From an uncultured Ignavibacteria bacterium (GTDB lineage: Bacteria > Bacteroidota > Ignavibacteria > Tepidaquicellales > Tepidaquicellaceae), in the NCBI GenBank assembly GCA_963836395.1, contig CAWIJF010000012.1:5544-69543 (forward strand): a stretch of DNA of 64,000 nucleotides, given 5' to 3'. The notes under the pieces are model-generated. The model worked only from the letters and a program-made list of their open reading frames with translations, was not told where the DNA came from and searched no databases. The translations under genes and the position numbers were made by a program. Position 1 is the first letter of the stretch; each line of letters begins with the position of its first letter. This document shows, piece after piece, positions 1 to 9,843 of this stretch.

Positions 1-2
1 AG

Positions 3-149
3 GAGAATTATATAAGCTCAATAAAAGGTTATGAAGAAATAGAATCAAAAGATATAGCAGAATTGGAACTTGAATATTCCGTGACAAGAATTTTTCAGGG
101 AAGGGATAATAAGATACCGGTTTATTTTTCAGTGATGAAAAGAGAATAA
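3..149 (+). CDS. 3' end of an upstream CDS entering the window (product unknown, partial)
   Basis: Frame 3 is open from the window edge (ENYISSIKGYEEIESKDIAELELEYSVTRIFQGRDNKIPVYFSVMKRE) and stops at TAA 147-149. No recognisable motif. Confidence 0.3.
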   Translation, partial: ENYISSIKGYEEIESKDIAELELEYSVTRIFQGRDNKIPVYFSVMKRE

Positions 150-266
150 AAGTTCTCAAAATAGAACTTCCTCTTACAATGCAAACTGACATATTCTTCT
201 GATTTTTATTACAGCATTAAACCAATAATTAATATTTTTGTCAAACAAAGTAAATTATTAAAATAA

Positions 267-1676
267 ATGAGTAATGTATCCAATCAAAGAAAACTACAGC
301 ATTTATATCTTCGTGCTGGTTTTGGCGCAAGCATTACGGAAATAAATAAATCTCTGGATAAACCAATTTCCAAATCAGTTGAAGAATTATTCTATAATTC
401 AAAAACCTTTACTGATCTTGGCTTAAACAAAGAATCAGATTTAAAAAAAATAGGCAAGGAAAAAGGTCAAAAAAAAGTAAAAGCAGCACGTGAGAATATA
501 GAAAGTTTGAATATCGGATGGATTGAGAAGATGACCAATGAAAATGACCAACTTCGTGAGAAGATGACATTCTTCTGGCATGGACATTTTGCCTGCAGAT
601 CAACAGATCCTCTTTTTACGCAAAATCAAAATAATACTTTACGTGAGAATGCACTCGGAAAATTCGGAGACATGCTGATGAAAGTTTCCAAAGATCCTGC
701 AATGCTTCAATTCCTGAATAATCAACAAAACAGAAAATCAAGCCCGAACGAAAACTTTGCAAGAGAAGTAATGGAGCTTTTTACTCTGGGCAGAGGCAAT
801 TATTCAGAAAGTGATATTAAAGAAGCTGCAAGAGCATTTACCGGCTGGTCATTTAATCAAACCGGGGAATTTAATTTTAAAGAGAATGTTCATGATTCCG
901 GGGAAAAAACTGTTTTGGGAAAGACCGGAAATTTTACGGGTGAAGATATTATAAATATTCTTCTGGAGAAGAAAAGAACTGCGGAATTTATTACAAATAA
1001 AATTTATGTATTTTTCGTAAATGAAAATATTAACACGGAAATTACAAAAGAATTGTCCAAAAAATTTTATGAATCGGATTATGATATTGAAGGATTAATG
1101 AAAAGCATTTTTTTATCGGATTGGTTTTACAGCGATGAAAACATCGGCACAAAAATAAAATCACCGATTGAGCTGCTCGTAAATATGATAAAAAGTTTTA
1201 ATATAAAATTCAGAAATCCAAAACCATTGTTGAATTTGCAAAAAGTTCTGGGACAAATGCTGTTTTACCCGCCGAATGTCAGCGGCTGGGCGGGAGGAAA
1301 AAACTGGATAGATACATCTTCCCTTATGTACCGGCTAAAGCTGCCCGAACTAATCTTCAAGTCAGCAGAGCTTGAATTTGATTATAAAGAGGATCCGCCG
1401 GAAATGGGTGAAGTATATAAGGAGCTTTCGAATTTGGAAAAACTTCAATACAAGAAAATGGATTCATCTGCCAATTTAAGTTATTATATAAGTGAATTTT
1501 TAAAATATAACAAGAATGAACTTATTGATAGACTTTGCGAATATCTTATTCAAAAAGAATTAAGCAGTGAGGCTAAATCTGTAATAACATTTTATGAAGA
1601 TGATTCTAATAAGGAAAATTTAATTGAGAGTTTAACATTGAGAATAATTTCGCTGCCGGAATACCAGCTTTGTTAA
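267..1676 (+). CDS. DUF1800 domain-containing protein
   Basis: 469-aa intact ORF. It has segments typical of DUF1800 (MTFFWHGHFA, NENFAREVMELFTLGRGNYSE, AFTGW, PPNVSGW). It is followed 12 nt later by a DUF1501 gene, the usual partner. Confidence 0.85.
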   Translation: MSNVSNQRKLQHLYLRAGFGASITEINKSLDKPISKSVEELFYNSKTFTDLGLNKESDLKKIGKEKGQKKVKAARENIESLNIGWIEKMTNENDQLREKMTFFWHGHFACRSTDPLFTQNQNNTLRENALGKFGDMLMKVSKDPAMLQFLNNQQNRKSSPNENFAREVMELFTLGRGNYSESDIKEAARAFTGWSFNQTGEFNFKENVHDSGEKTVLGKTGNFTGEDIINILLEKKRTAEFITNKIYVFFVNENINTEITKELSKKFYESDYDIEGLMKSIFLSDWFYSDENIGTKIKSPIELLVNMIKSFNIKFRNPKPLLNLQKVLGQMLFYPPNVSGWAGGKNWIDTSSLMYRLKLPELIFKSAELEFDYKEDPPEMGEVYKELSNLEKLQYKKMDSSANLSYYISEFLKYNKNELIDRLCEYLIQKELSSEAKSVITFYEDDSNKENLIESLTLRIISLPEYQLC

Positions 1677-1730
1677 TGAACAAAATTCATGTTCAATGTT
1701 AAAATAAAATATTTAAACCCGAATTATATT

Positions 1731-2957
1731 ATGAAAAGAATATCGCGAAGAAAGTTTTTTAAATATTCAGCTTTTGCATCAACGTCGCTATTAATACCGA
1801 ACTTCCTGAAGAAATTTGAAGCAAGGGAGTTATACGGTAATCCATCTTTGCAAAAAATAACCGGAGCCGGGAAAAAGCTTATTATAATTCAGCTATCCGG
1901 AGGCAATGACGGATTAAATACCGTGATACCGTTTAGAAATGACAACTATTATGAATCGCGCCCTCAACTTTCGATTGGAAAAAATAAAGTATTAAAGCTT
2001 AATGATGAACTTGGATTAAATCCGGAGATGACCGGGCTAAGAGAAATTTTTAACAAAGGAAATTTAAGTATAATAAACAATGTCGGGTATCCTAATCCCG
2101 ACCGGTCACATTTCCGCTCGATGGACATCTGGCAAAGCGGAAGCTCATCAAATGAATACCTTAACACCGGATGGATAGGAAGGTATTTAGACTCTGAATG
2201 TGAAAGCTGTAAAAATGCTTACAATGCAATTGAAGTAGATACAACGCTTGACTTAGCAATGAAAGGTAAAAGAAGAAACGGCATAGCTGTTGTTGATCCA
2301 AAAAGATATTACTTAAACTCATCCGAAGAATTTCTACTGGACATTGCAAAAAGGAACAATAAATATCCGGCAGACTCGAATGTCGGTTATTTATACAAGA
2401 CATTGATTGAGACTACGTCATCTGCGGATTATGTTTATAAGAATTCGAAAATATATAAGTCACAAATTGAATATCCGGGCACGCTCTTCGGAAAGAATCT
2501 CAAAACAATAGCCGAATTAATAATTTCTGGCAGCGATACCATGGTATATTATGTTTCGATGAATGGATTTGATACTCATGTGAATCAAAGCGGCAGACAG
2601 GAAAAATTATTGAAGGAACTGTCTGAGGGATTGCAATCAATAACTGAAGATTTAAGAAAAAATGACCGTCTGAATGAAGTCTTGATTGTGACATTCTCGG
2701 AATTTGGAAGAAGGGTTAAACAAAATGCAAGCGGCGGCACAGATCACGGAACTGCTAACAATATTTTTTTGATCGGGGGAAATTTAAAGAGCCCTGGATT
2801 TTATAATTCACAACCTGATCTCGCAGATCTGGATGAAGGGGATTTAAAATTTGAAATTGATTTCAGAAGCATTTATTCAACTTTATTAAATAAATGGCTA
2901 AATGCTGATGACAAACTCATTATGGGAAATAATTTTGATTTCTTAAATATAGTATAA
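1731..2957 (+). CDS. DUF1501 domain-containing protein (sulfatase-like fold) with twin-arginine signal
   Basis: The ORF is 1689..2957. The likely start is the internal ATG at 1731, giving MKRISRRKFFKYSAFAS (Tat-type RRxFxK). Family-typical motifs are present: GGNDGLN, GFDTH, EFGRR, GTDHG. Confidence 0.85.
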   Translation: MKRISRRKFFKYSAFASTSLLIPNFLKKFEARELYGNPSLQKITGAGKKLIIIQLSGGNDGLNTVIPFRNDNYYESRPQLSIGKNKVLKLNDELGLNPEMTGLREIFNKGNLSIINNVGYPNPDRSHFRSMDIWQSGSSSNEYLNTGWIGRYLDSECESCKNAYNAIEVDTTLDLAMKGKRRNGIAVVDPKRYYLNSSEEFLLDIAKRNNKYPADSNVGYLYKTLIETTSSADYVYKNSKIYKSQIEYPGTLFGKNLKTIAELIISGSDTMVYYVSMNGFDTHVNQSGRQEKLLKELSEGLQSITEDLRKNDRLNEVLIVTFSEFGRRVKQNASGGTDHGTANNIFLIGGNLKSPGFYNSQPDLADLDEGDLKFEIDFRSIYSTLLNKWLNADDKLIMGNNFDFLNIV

Positions 2958-2965
2958 TTTTATTT

Positions 2966-3208
2966 TCATGAAGAATTACTAAACATCTGCTCTTTATTGT
3001 AAAGCATGACCTTAAGAGTCAGTGAAATTAAAATACTTTTACGTTTATTTTCATTTGTATTTATAAAGCTGTCTGTAAAGTCATCTTTTTCATAATTCAG
3101 AATTAAAACTACCGATCCCTTTTCTTTTGAATAATAGCTTACAGGCTGATAGGAAATGCTCAGAGAGAAAACTATAAAAACCGCAATTAAATATTTTCGG
3201 ATTATCAT
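2966..3208 (-). CDS. small hypothetical secreted protein
   Basis: 80-aa ORF with a hydrophobic N-terminal signal-like segment (MIIRKYLIAVFIVFSLSISY). No recognisable family. Confidence 0.4.
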   Translation of the reverse strand: MIIRKYLIAVFIVFSLSISYQPVSYYSKEKGSVVLILNYEKDDFTDSFINTNENKRKSILISLTLKVMLYNKEQMFSNSS

Positions 3209-3284
3209 TACGGTAAATTATGTAAAATCAAAATTTATTTCAATCCAACTAGTCCATAGAGGATCAGCAAGATAGCTTATCCGT

Positions 3285-3302
3285 CCGTAGATTCCGTAGA
3301 TT
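3285..3302. repeat. 2 x 9-bp perfect tandem repeat CCGTAGATT
   Basis: Read directly in the intergenic sequence: ccgtagatt ccgtagatt. Confidence 0.9.
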
Positions 3303-3364
3303 ATAAACAATTCAATTAAATTGAAAATGTATTAATGATTTACTAATTTAATAAAAAGGAATTT

Positions 3365-4144
3365 TTGTTAACTGGCTTTGTATTAGGTTTTGCAATAGGA
3401 TTTATTTTTTCCATGCCTCCGTTAGGTCCTACATATTTTGCTATCATTGACAGGGGATTAAAAAAAGAATTAAAAAACGCCGTTGCAATCGGGATTGGTG
3501 CGGGTTTTATGGATATGGTTTATATTTTGATTGCTTATGGCGGGGTTACTGCGATAGTTTCTCTTTTCCCTGATTCTTTTTACGAATTTTTTGTAATGAA
3601 TGAAAAGATGCTGAAGTTATTGCTTGCTGTAGCGGGATGTATTGTGATAATATGGTACGGAATAAAAATCATGAGGACAAAGAACAGCATAGACAACAGT
3701 AAGACGCCAAAATTAGATGACGTTAAATTTAAAGATAAATATGAAAAAGTGGAAAATGTCTTTAAGAAAACGGAAATAGGTATAGGCAGGATATTACATA
3801 CAAAAGCATTGGAGGAACGCCATTCGGATTTGACAGGGAGCTTTCTCATAGGCGTAGTAATGTGTTTGTCTTCAGTAACTCTTCCTGCATCATGGTTTGC
3901 TACAGTTGGCTATTTGAAAAGTTACGGAATAATAGATTCAAATTTTTTTACCGGACTATTATTATCAATCGGTGTTTTACTGGGGACGTCGGTATGGTTT
4001 TATATAATGGCAAGGCTTATTATAAAGTATACGGACAAAATTAAACCTGAAATACTCAACAAACTTAATTTTTCCACCGGTATATTTCTTGTAGTATTGG
4101 GAGTTTCAATTCTCGTAAAGTTAGCTTTAAGCTTTGGAGACTGA
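3365..4144 (+). CDS. LysE/RhtB-type amino-acid exporter family membrane protein
   Basis: 259-aa ORF with a TTG start. The N-terminus GFVLGFAIGFIFSMPPLGPTYFAIIDRGL and GAGFMDMVYILIAYGG match the LysE-family helix 1-2 pattern. It is multi-TM with a charged central loop. Confidence 0.65.
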   Translation: MLTGFVLGFAIGFIFSMPPLGPTYFAIIDRGLKKELKNAVAIGIGAGFMDMVYILIAYGGVTAIVSLFPDSFYEFFVMNEKMLKLLLAVAGCIVIIWYGIKIMRTKNSIDNSKTPKLDDVKFKDKYEKVENVFKKTEIGIGRILHTKALEERHSDLTGSFLIGVVMCLSSVTLPASWFATVGYLKSYGIIDSNFFTGLLLSIGVLLGTSVWFYIMARLIIKYTDKIKPEILNKLNFSTGIFLVVLGVSILVKLALSFGD

Positions 4145-4228
4145 CAAAGCTCATCCTTTTATTAGGAATTTAAAATGTCTGCTTCTAATTATTAATGTCA
4201 AACTGAAAAAATTCAATTGCAAACTCAG

Positions 4229-5719
4229 ATGGAAGACCGGGCTTTAAAATTACCCAGAAGTATTTGTGCATTTTGCCAGACTCCGATCAAAAATGAAGCT
4301 GAAACAATTTTATGTCCGTCCTGCAATTCCCCTTATCATGCAGATTGCTGGGTTGAAAATAAAGGGTGTGCTGTATACGGCTGCGGTGAGAAGATTCTCG
4401 GAGAGGATGATATTTCATCGATGCGTGAAGCCATTATCAACATAGAGTATATGATAAACAGGAATCAATTTTCGGAAGCGATACTTGAAGCAAAACAGTT
4501 ATTAAGGGTAGAAAGAAGAAATCCGGAATTAAAAAATTTATATAATAAAGCAGTGTCGCTGATAAACAACAAGATAAATCTGATGACAAGCGGAGACGAG
4601 GCTTTCGAGAAAAAGGATTACAAGACTGCGGAAATTTATTACAAGAACGTATTAAAATATACCGACGAAGTCGAAAAAAATTTTGTAACCACCAGACTGG
4701 AAATTGCCCAGGAAAAAATTCCGGAGCAAAAAAGAAGAAGGATTTATCAGAACATTCTGATAATTGTCCTTATCTTTGCAATCCTGGCTGCTATAGGATA
4801 CCTGGGATATTATACATTTGTTTTAAAAGAGGATCGTGAATATTCTGAGATAGTGAGATCAGACAATGCAAATGACCTGAAGTCAATGGAACTGATGATA
4901 GGAAAGTATGAGAGTTTTTTGAAAACTTACGGTGACGGCAGAAACAAAGATAAAGCGCTGAATAAGATAAATCAATATTCATATCAAATAGCCAATTCTT
5001 ATTATAAGGACGACTGGAAGCTTGCATTAAAATACTACAACAGAATTCAGAATTTCTTAAGGGAAGAGGATTCAAATATTTTGTATAATAATATTTATAA
5101 CGTTGCATTTGATGACTATAAGGAAAAGGTAGCCAATGCAAAAAAATTAAATTCTCTTTCTAAGTACAGTGAGGGACTAAACGAGCTTAATAATGCTATG
5201 TTAATCATAACATCTTTTCGGGAAAAGGAAATAGCTGTTGAAAAAGACATACTTGAATCAAATATATCGCTGCTTAATAAAAAAATTGCATCACTCATAA
5301 AAGCAAATGATCTTGAAAGACAAATAAGGGAGCAGATAAATCAGATGACCAGCATAAGCCCCTCAGGAGAAAAAAATTCAACTGTCATTGTAGTAAGACT
5401 GAGCAAGATTGTCGAACCCAATGTTTTTGTCGGCAGGCAGGTATCAACAGGAAATACAATAGCCATTAAAAGCAGCAACAGCGATTACAGTATCGGACAA
5501 TTGCTAAATGTCGAGTGTGTTTCCAGGGGGAAGATAACCTATAAAGATGAGACACAAAAGGATGTCACCGTGCCATTATATGTTCCCGTATTTGAGGCAG
5601 GAGAATTTGATGCATCCGATAAGAATTACAGTGAAAAATTTGCAATAAATGAGAGATTGAACAATTTGAAATCACAGAAAGCCAGATTGGACAGCCTATT
5701 GAAGCTTAATCTTTTATGA
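4229..5719 (+). CDS. membrane protein with N-terminal prokaryotic RING-like zinc finger, TPR-like/coiled-coil regions and one TM helix
   Basis: The ORF is 4217..5719 (TTG). The ATG at 4229 is the more likely start. It contains CAFCQTPIKNEAETILCPSCNSPYHADCWVENKGCAVYGC (CxxC...CxxC..H..CW...C...GC) and a TM segment ILIIVLIFAILAAIGYLGYYTFV. Confidence 0.6.
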   Translation: MEDRALKLPRSICAFCQTPIKNEAETILCPSCNSPYHADCWVENKGCAVYGCGEKILGEDDISSMREAIINIEYMINRNQFSEAILEAKQLLRVERRNPELKNLYNKAVSLINNKINLMTSGDEAFEKKDYKTAEIYYKNVLKYTDEVEKNFVTTRLEIAQEKIPEQKRRRIYQNILIIVLIFAILAAIGYLGYYTFVLKEDREYSEIVRSDNANDLKSMELMIGKYESFLKTYGDGRNKDKALNKINQYSYQIANSYYKDDWKLALKYYNRIQNFLREEDSNILYNNIYNVAFDDYKEKVANAKKLNSLSKYSEGLNELNNAMLIITSFREKEIAVEKDILESNISLLNKKIASLIKANDLERQIREQINQMTSISPSGEKNSTVIVVRLSKIVEPNVFVGRQVSTGNTIAIKSSNSDYSIGQLLNVECVSRGKITYKDETQKDVTVPLYVPVFEAGEFDASDKNYSEKFAINERLNNLKSQKARLDSLLKLNLL

Positions 5720-5830
5720 TTGGATTAGAGGGTAAAATTCTTATGTCTTACATGAAAAAATATATTGATTTACAAACTTAATTTCGATATTTTATAGTCT
5801 TTTCCTTCATTCAGAAAAGGGGTTCTAAAT

Positions 5831-5913
5831 GGGTAGGTAGCGAAGCGGTCAAACGCAACAGACTGTAAATCTGTCGACAATTGTCTTCGGAGGTTCGAAT
5901 CCTTCCCTACCCA
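5831..5913 (+). tRNA. tRNA-Tyr (anticodon GTA)
   Basis: Hand-folded. Acceptor GGGTAGG/CCTACCC, anticodon arm ACAGA-CTGTAAA-TCTGT, long variable arm GACAATTGTC, T arm GGAGG-TTCGAAT-CCTTC. 83 nt. Confidence 0.9.
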
Positions 5914-6051
5914 CTGACTTAATTAAGTTTTAAAAATAAAAATTCTAAAAATTCTCATTCTGAAAACACTGTAACCGGGTAAAAATTCTTTATAAATACT
6001 TTCATTTCTTTGTAAATAAAATTGAACCTAACCAATTTGAAAATTGAATAA

Positions 6052-6124
6052 GCGGGAGTAACTCAGTTGGTAGAGTCACAGCCTTCCAAGCTGTTGGTCG
6101 CGGGTTCGAGTCCCGTCTCCCGCT
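6052..6124 (+). tRNA. tRNA-Gly (anticodon TCC)
   Basis: Acceptor GCGGGAG/CTCCCGC, D arm ACTC-AGTTGGTA-GAGT, anticodon arm ACAGC-CTTCCAA-GCTGT, T arm GCGGG-TTCGAGT-CCCGT. Confidence 0.9.
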
Positions 6125-6143
6125 CAAACAAAAAATCATTATA

Positions 6144-6581
6144 ATGAAAATTACAAGAAAAAAACTTATCGAACTTTTAAACGAAGATCTCTCGAGAGAG
6201 TATCAGGCAATTATTTCATATGTTAATTATTCACAGGTTTTAACGGGTGCGCAATATATGAATATTGCATCCGAGCTGGAGATTCACGCAAAGGAAGAGC
6301 TGCAGCATGCATTAACCATTGCAAATCAGGTAGATTATCTCGGCGGTATGCCGACGGTAATACCTCAAAAAGTCAGGACTTCGAAAAAGGCTACGGATAT
6401 GCTTAAGTTTGATCTTGAAAATGAGAGAGTTACCATTTTAAATTACAGGGAAAGAGTTAGACAGTGTGATGAGCTTCAGGAATATGCTATGGCAGAGGAA
6501 ATAAGAGAAATACTTATTCAGGAACAGGACCATCTGATTTCTCTTGCAACTGCTCTTGGAATTGATCCTCCAAAAATTTAA
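6144..6581 (+). CDS. ferritin-like (bacterioferritin/Dps-superfamily) di-iron protein
   Basis: 145-aa intact ORF. Four-helix ferroxidase ligand pattern: E in SREY, ExxH in EELQH, E in LENE, ExxH in QEQDH. It is embedded between tRNA-Gly and tRNA-Thr. Confidence 0.75.
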   Translation: MKITRKKLIELLNEDLSREYQAIISYVNYSQVLTGAQYMNIASELEIHAKEELQHALTIANQVDYLGGMPTVIPQKVRTSKKATDMLKFDLENERVTILNYRERVRQCDELQEYAMAEEIREILIQEQDHLISLATALGIDPPKI

Positions 6582-6612
6582 GAGAAGAGAATTACAGATG
6601 CTTTCAGAAAAT

Positions 6613-6685
<73 letters not shown>

Positions 6686-6819
6686 CAAAGAGATAATGGC
6701 ATAAAGATCAATTCACTTTAATTAGAATAAAAATTAAATCATTTCTAATACATCTACAAGTATTAAGCCCGATAAGATCTCTAAATTAAATTTAGACTAA
6801 ATTCATTAAAACTATAACA

Positions 6820-6993
6820 ATGGCAAAAGAAGGTTCAAGAATAAAAATAAAACTCGTAAGTGTAGAGGGACCGCATAAAGGAAAGTCGGTTTATGTTTCA
6901 ACCAAAAACAGAATCAATACAAAGGAAAGATTAGAGCTTAAAAAATACTGCAAATGGACAAAGCAGCATATACTTCACCGTGAATCAAAATAA
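6820..6993 (+). CDS. rpmG: 50S ribosomal protein L33
   Basis: 57-aa ORF, below the ORF-track cutoff: MAKEGSRIKIKLVSVEGPHKGKSVYVSTKNRINTKERLELKKYCKWTKQHILHRESK. The L33 signature is YxTxKN...ErLELKKYc...kHtlhrE. Its position just before tRNA-Trp-secE-nusG is classical. Confidence 0.85.
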   Translation: MAKEGSRIKIKLVSVEGPHKGKSVYVSTKNRINTKERLELKKYCKWTKQHILHRESK

Positions 6994-7001
6994 TGATTGA
7001 T

Positions 7002-7074
7002 GCGGGTGTAGCTCAATTGGTAGAGTAGCGGTCTCCAAAACCGTTGGTTGGGGGTTCGAGTCCCTCCTCCCGTG
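7002..7074 (+). tRNA. tRNA-Trp (anticodon CCA)
   Basis: D arm GCTC-AATTGGTA-GAGT, anticodon arm GCGGT-CTCCAAA-ACCGT, T arm GGGGG-TTCGAGT-CCCTC. The acceptor GCGGGTG/CTCCCGT has one T:T mismatch and one G:T pair. The mismatch may be a sequence error. Confidence 0.8.
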
Positions 7075-7103
7075 CGATAGTTTAAGAATAATTAAAATCA
7101 ATC

Positions 7104-7286
7104 ATGAAAGATAAAATAATAAATTTTTTCGAGGATATTTACAAAGAAATGAAGAAAGTATCCTGGCCTAAAAAGGCTGAGCTTATGGAGTCAACAAAGG
7201 TTGTGATCATTACGATGATCATTTCGGCGATTATTGTTTATACGATAGACAAGGGAATAAGTGAATTGTTAAAAGTTATATTTTAA
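7104..7286 (+). CDS. secE: preprotein translocase subunit SecE
   Basis: 60 aa. It has the motif EMKKVSWPKKAEL followed by a single TM helix. Position tRNA-Trp-secE-nusG. Confidence 0.85.
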   Translation: MKDKIINFFEDIYKEMKKVSWPKKAELMESTKVVIITMIISAIIVYTIDKGISELLKVIF

Positions 7287-7427
7287 TTTAAAATAAAATG
7301 AGCGAGGAAAAAAAGAAAAAAGAGATGGAAGAAAATCTAACAGGGGAGCTGATAAGTAAATCGGAGGAAAATAGCACGGAGATATCAGCGGATGTACCGA
7401 GGATGAGTACCGGCTGATGATTCAGGG

Positions 7428-7976
7428 ATGTCAAAGTGGTATGCAGTAAGGATAATTTCAGGACATGAAAATAAAGTTAAGGCATATCTGGATAAGGAGA
7501 TCAGAAATGAAAAATTGGAAGACCGATAACTAATGTATTGATTCCTTTGGAAAAGGTATTTGAAGTAAAAGGCGGAAAGAAGAAAGTCAAGATTGAAGAA
7601 TTTTTTGCCGGGCTATATTTTGATAGAAGCAGATCTTGATGACAAGCTGAGAGATTTTATTTCAAAGACACCCTCGATCATAAATATGGTTGGTTCAAAA
7701 AGCGTCAAAGGAAAGAGGCTGGATCCTATTCCGTTCAGACCGTCAGAAGTGAAAAGGATAAAATCAATTTTAAATGATGAGGGAGATGAAGAAAAGCTGG
7801 ACATTCAACTTAATGTAGGAGATCCCGTAAAAGTGACAAGCGGTCCTTTCAATAATTTCAGCGGCAATATACTTGAAGTTAATCTTGAAAAGCTGAAAGT
7901 AAAGGTGATGGTAAGCATTTTCGGAAGAAAGACTCCCATCGAACTCGAATTAACTCAAATCGAAAAAGAAAAATAA
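7428..7976 (+). CDS. nusG: transcription termination/antitermination factor NusG (reading frame broken twice in this sequence)
   Basis: From ATG 7428 the frame reads MSKWYAVRIISGHENKVKAYLDKEIRNEKLEDR and stops. ITNVLIPLEKVFEVKGGKKKVK continues in frame -1. ORF 7593..7976 supplies NFLPGYILIEA and the KOW motif VGDPVKVTSGPFNNFSGNI. Confidence 0.85.
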
Positions 7977-7999
7977 TAATTTAAAAACATTTTTTATTT

Positions 8000-8426
8000 A
8001 TGGCAAAGAAAATAACAGGTTTTGTAAAACTGCAGATTCCGGCAGGACAGGCAACTATGGCTCCTCCTGTAGGACCGGCATTTGGGTCAGAGAGGCGTCA
8101 ACGGAATGGAATTCTGCAAACAATTTAATGCAAGGACACAGGATAAGAAAGGATTCATAATACCTGTTGTGATAACGGTATTTTCTGACAAGTCGTTTAC
8201 ATTCATTACAAAGACACCGCCGGCGGCAGTATTGCTGATAAAGGCAGCGGGAATAGAAAAGGGTTCGGGTGTGCCGAATAAAACAAAAGTTGGAAAGGTT
8301 ACAAAGAAGCAATTGAAAGAAATTGCCGAGACAAAGATGCCTGATCTGAATGTCCACGATGTTGAAGCTGCTATGAGACTGGTTGCAGGAACTGCAAGAA
8401 GCATGGGAATTACAGTAGAAAATTAA
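8000..8426 (+). CDS. rplK: 50S ribosomal protein L11 (one frameshift near 8075)
   Basis: ATG 8000 gives [27 protein letters not shown]. After an extra T in gcaTTTggg the protein continues in ORF 8082..8426 ([20 protein letters not shown]...). Confidence 0.9.
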
Positions 8427-8455
8427 TTTATAAAATTCAAATAAAAAGTTTTGTT

Positions 8456-9161
8456 ATGAGATTAACAAAGAAACAAAAAGAAGCTACAGAAAAAAGTTGA
8501 TGTCACAAAAGAATACGATCTCTCCGAAGCGTGTTTCGAAACTGAAACAGTCTGCATCCGCAAAGTTCGATGAATCCGTTGATATAGCTGTAAAATTAGG
8601 TGTCGATCCCAAGCATGCAGACCAGGTGGTAAGAGGAACAGTATCACTTCCCAACGGAACAGGAAAAAGTGTAAGGGTTTTGGTAATTGCAAAACCCGAT
8701 AAGCATGATGAGGCGAGAGAAGCCGGAGCTGACCACGTTGGATTCGAGGATTACATTAATAAGATCAAGGAGGGATGGACGGATATTGATGTCATAATCG
8801 CTGCGCCTGATACTATGAGCGAGCTTGGAAAGATAGGAAAAGTTTTAGGACCAAGAGGATTGATGCCAAATCCGAAAAGCGGAACAGTAACACCGAACGT
8901 AGGTCAGGCGGTAAAAGAGGTCAAAGCAGGGAAAATAGATTTCAGAGTTGACAAGAGCGGAATAGTGCATTCAATTGTAGGAAAAGTATCATTTGATGAA
9001 AACAAGCTTAAGGAAAACGTAGCTGCATTTTTGAATACTATAGTTAAATTAAAACCGGCGGCATCAAAAGGCACATATATAAAGAGCATTACGATTTCAA
9101 CTACAATGGGACCGGGGTCAAGTTAGATAAGAATGTAGCTTCAATAAAAACTGCAGCATAA
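8456..9161 (+). CDS. rplA: 50S ribosomal protein L1 (about three frameshifts)
   Basis: ATG 8456 gives [13 protein letters not shown]. There is an extra A at about 8495 and an extra T at about 8530. ORF 8497..9126 follows ([26 protein letters not shown]). The C-terminus [17 protein letters not shown] is restored by adding one G at about 9117. Confidence 0.9.
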
Positions 9162-9256
9162 ACAAATTAGAATTTACGCACTCAATACAATAAATACAAT
9201 GCTTACCCCGCTTCAGGTAGGCAAATAAATTCAAATTACAAAATTAACTGATTAAT

Positions 9257-9797
9257 ATGAATAAAGAACAAAAGGCAGAGTCAGTAGCGGAGATCAAGGA
9301 AATGATTGAATCTTCCGAGGCGATGTATTTTACTGATTTTGCCGGATTGACGGTCGAGGAAGTAAATGAGCTCAGAAAGGAATTTTACAAATCTGAATTA
9401 AAGTACAAAGTAGTAAAGAACACATTGACTATAAGAGCTTTAAAGGAGACGGATAAATATTCCACTCATGCCGAAAAATTAATTGAACTACTAAACGGAC
9501 CTACCGGGATAGTATTTGCTTACAAAAATCCTGTAGCACCTGCAAAGATCCTAAAGAAATTTGCTGACAAGATTGACAAACCGAAGCTAAAGGTTGCAAT
9601 AGTGGAAAATGAGATTTACGATTCAAAAAAGCTAAACAGTCTTGCATCATTACCGACAAAGGAAGAAATAGTTTCCGGAATACTTAGTTCACTTGGATTC
9701 ACCGGCATCCGGAATAGTCGGTTCGATAAATGCGGTAATGAGAGATCTATTCAGTGTAATAGAAGAAGTGGCGAAGAAACAAAGCTGCTTAAATTAA
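9257..9797 (+). CDS. rplJ: 50S ribosomal protein L10 (C-terminal frameshift near 9700)
   Basis: ORF 9257..9814 (MNKEQKAESVAEIKEMIESSEAMYFTDFAGLTVEEVNELR). After about 9700 the alternative frame reads SPASGIVGSINAVMRDLFSVIEEVAKKQ and stops at 9795-9797. Confidence 0.85.
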
Positions 9798-9843
9798 TAA
9801 AAAAATTATTTTAATCAAAAATAAATAAAAAGGATAAATAAAA

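Noticed and set aside
9162-9256. A ribosomal-protein L10 leader RNA upstream of rplJ.
   Set aside because: The position is right, but I could not fold a convincing conserved structure by eye. It needs a covariance-model search (Rfam L10_leader).
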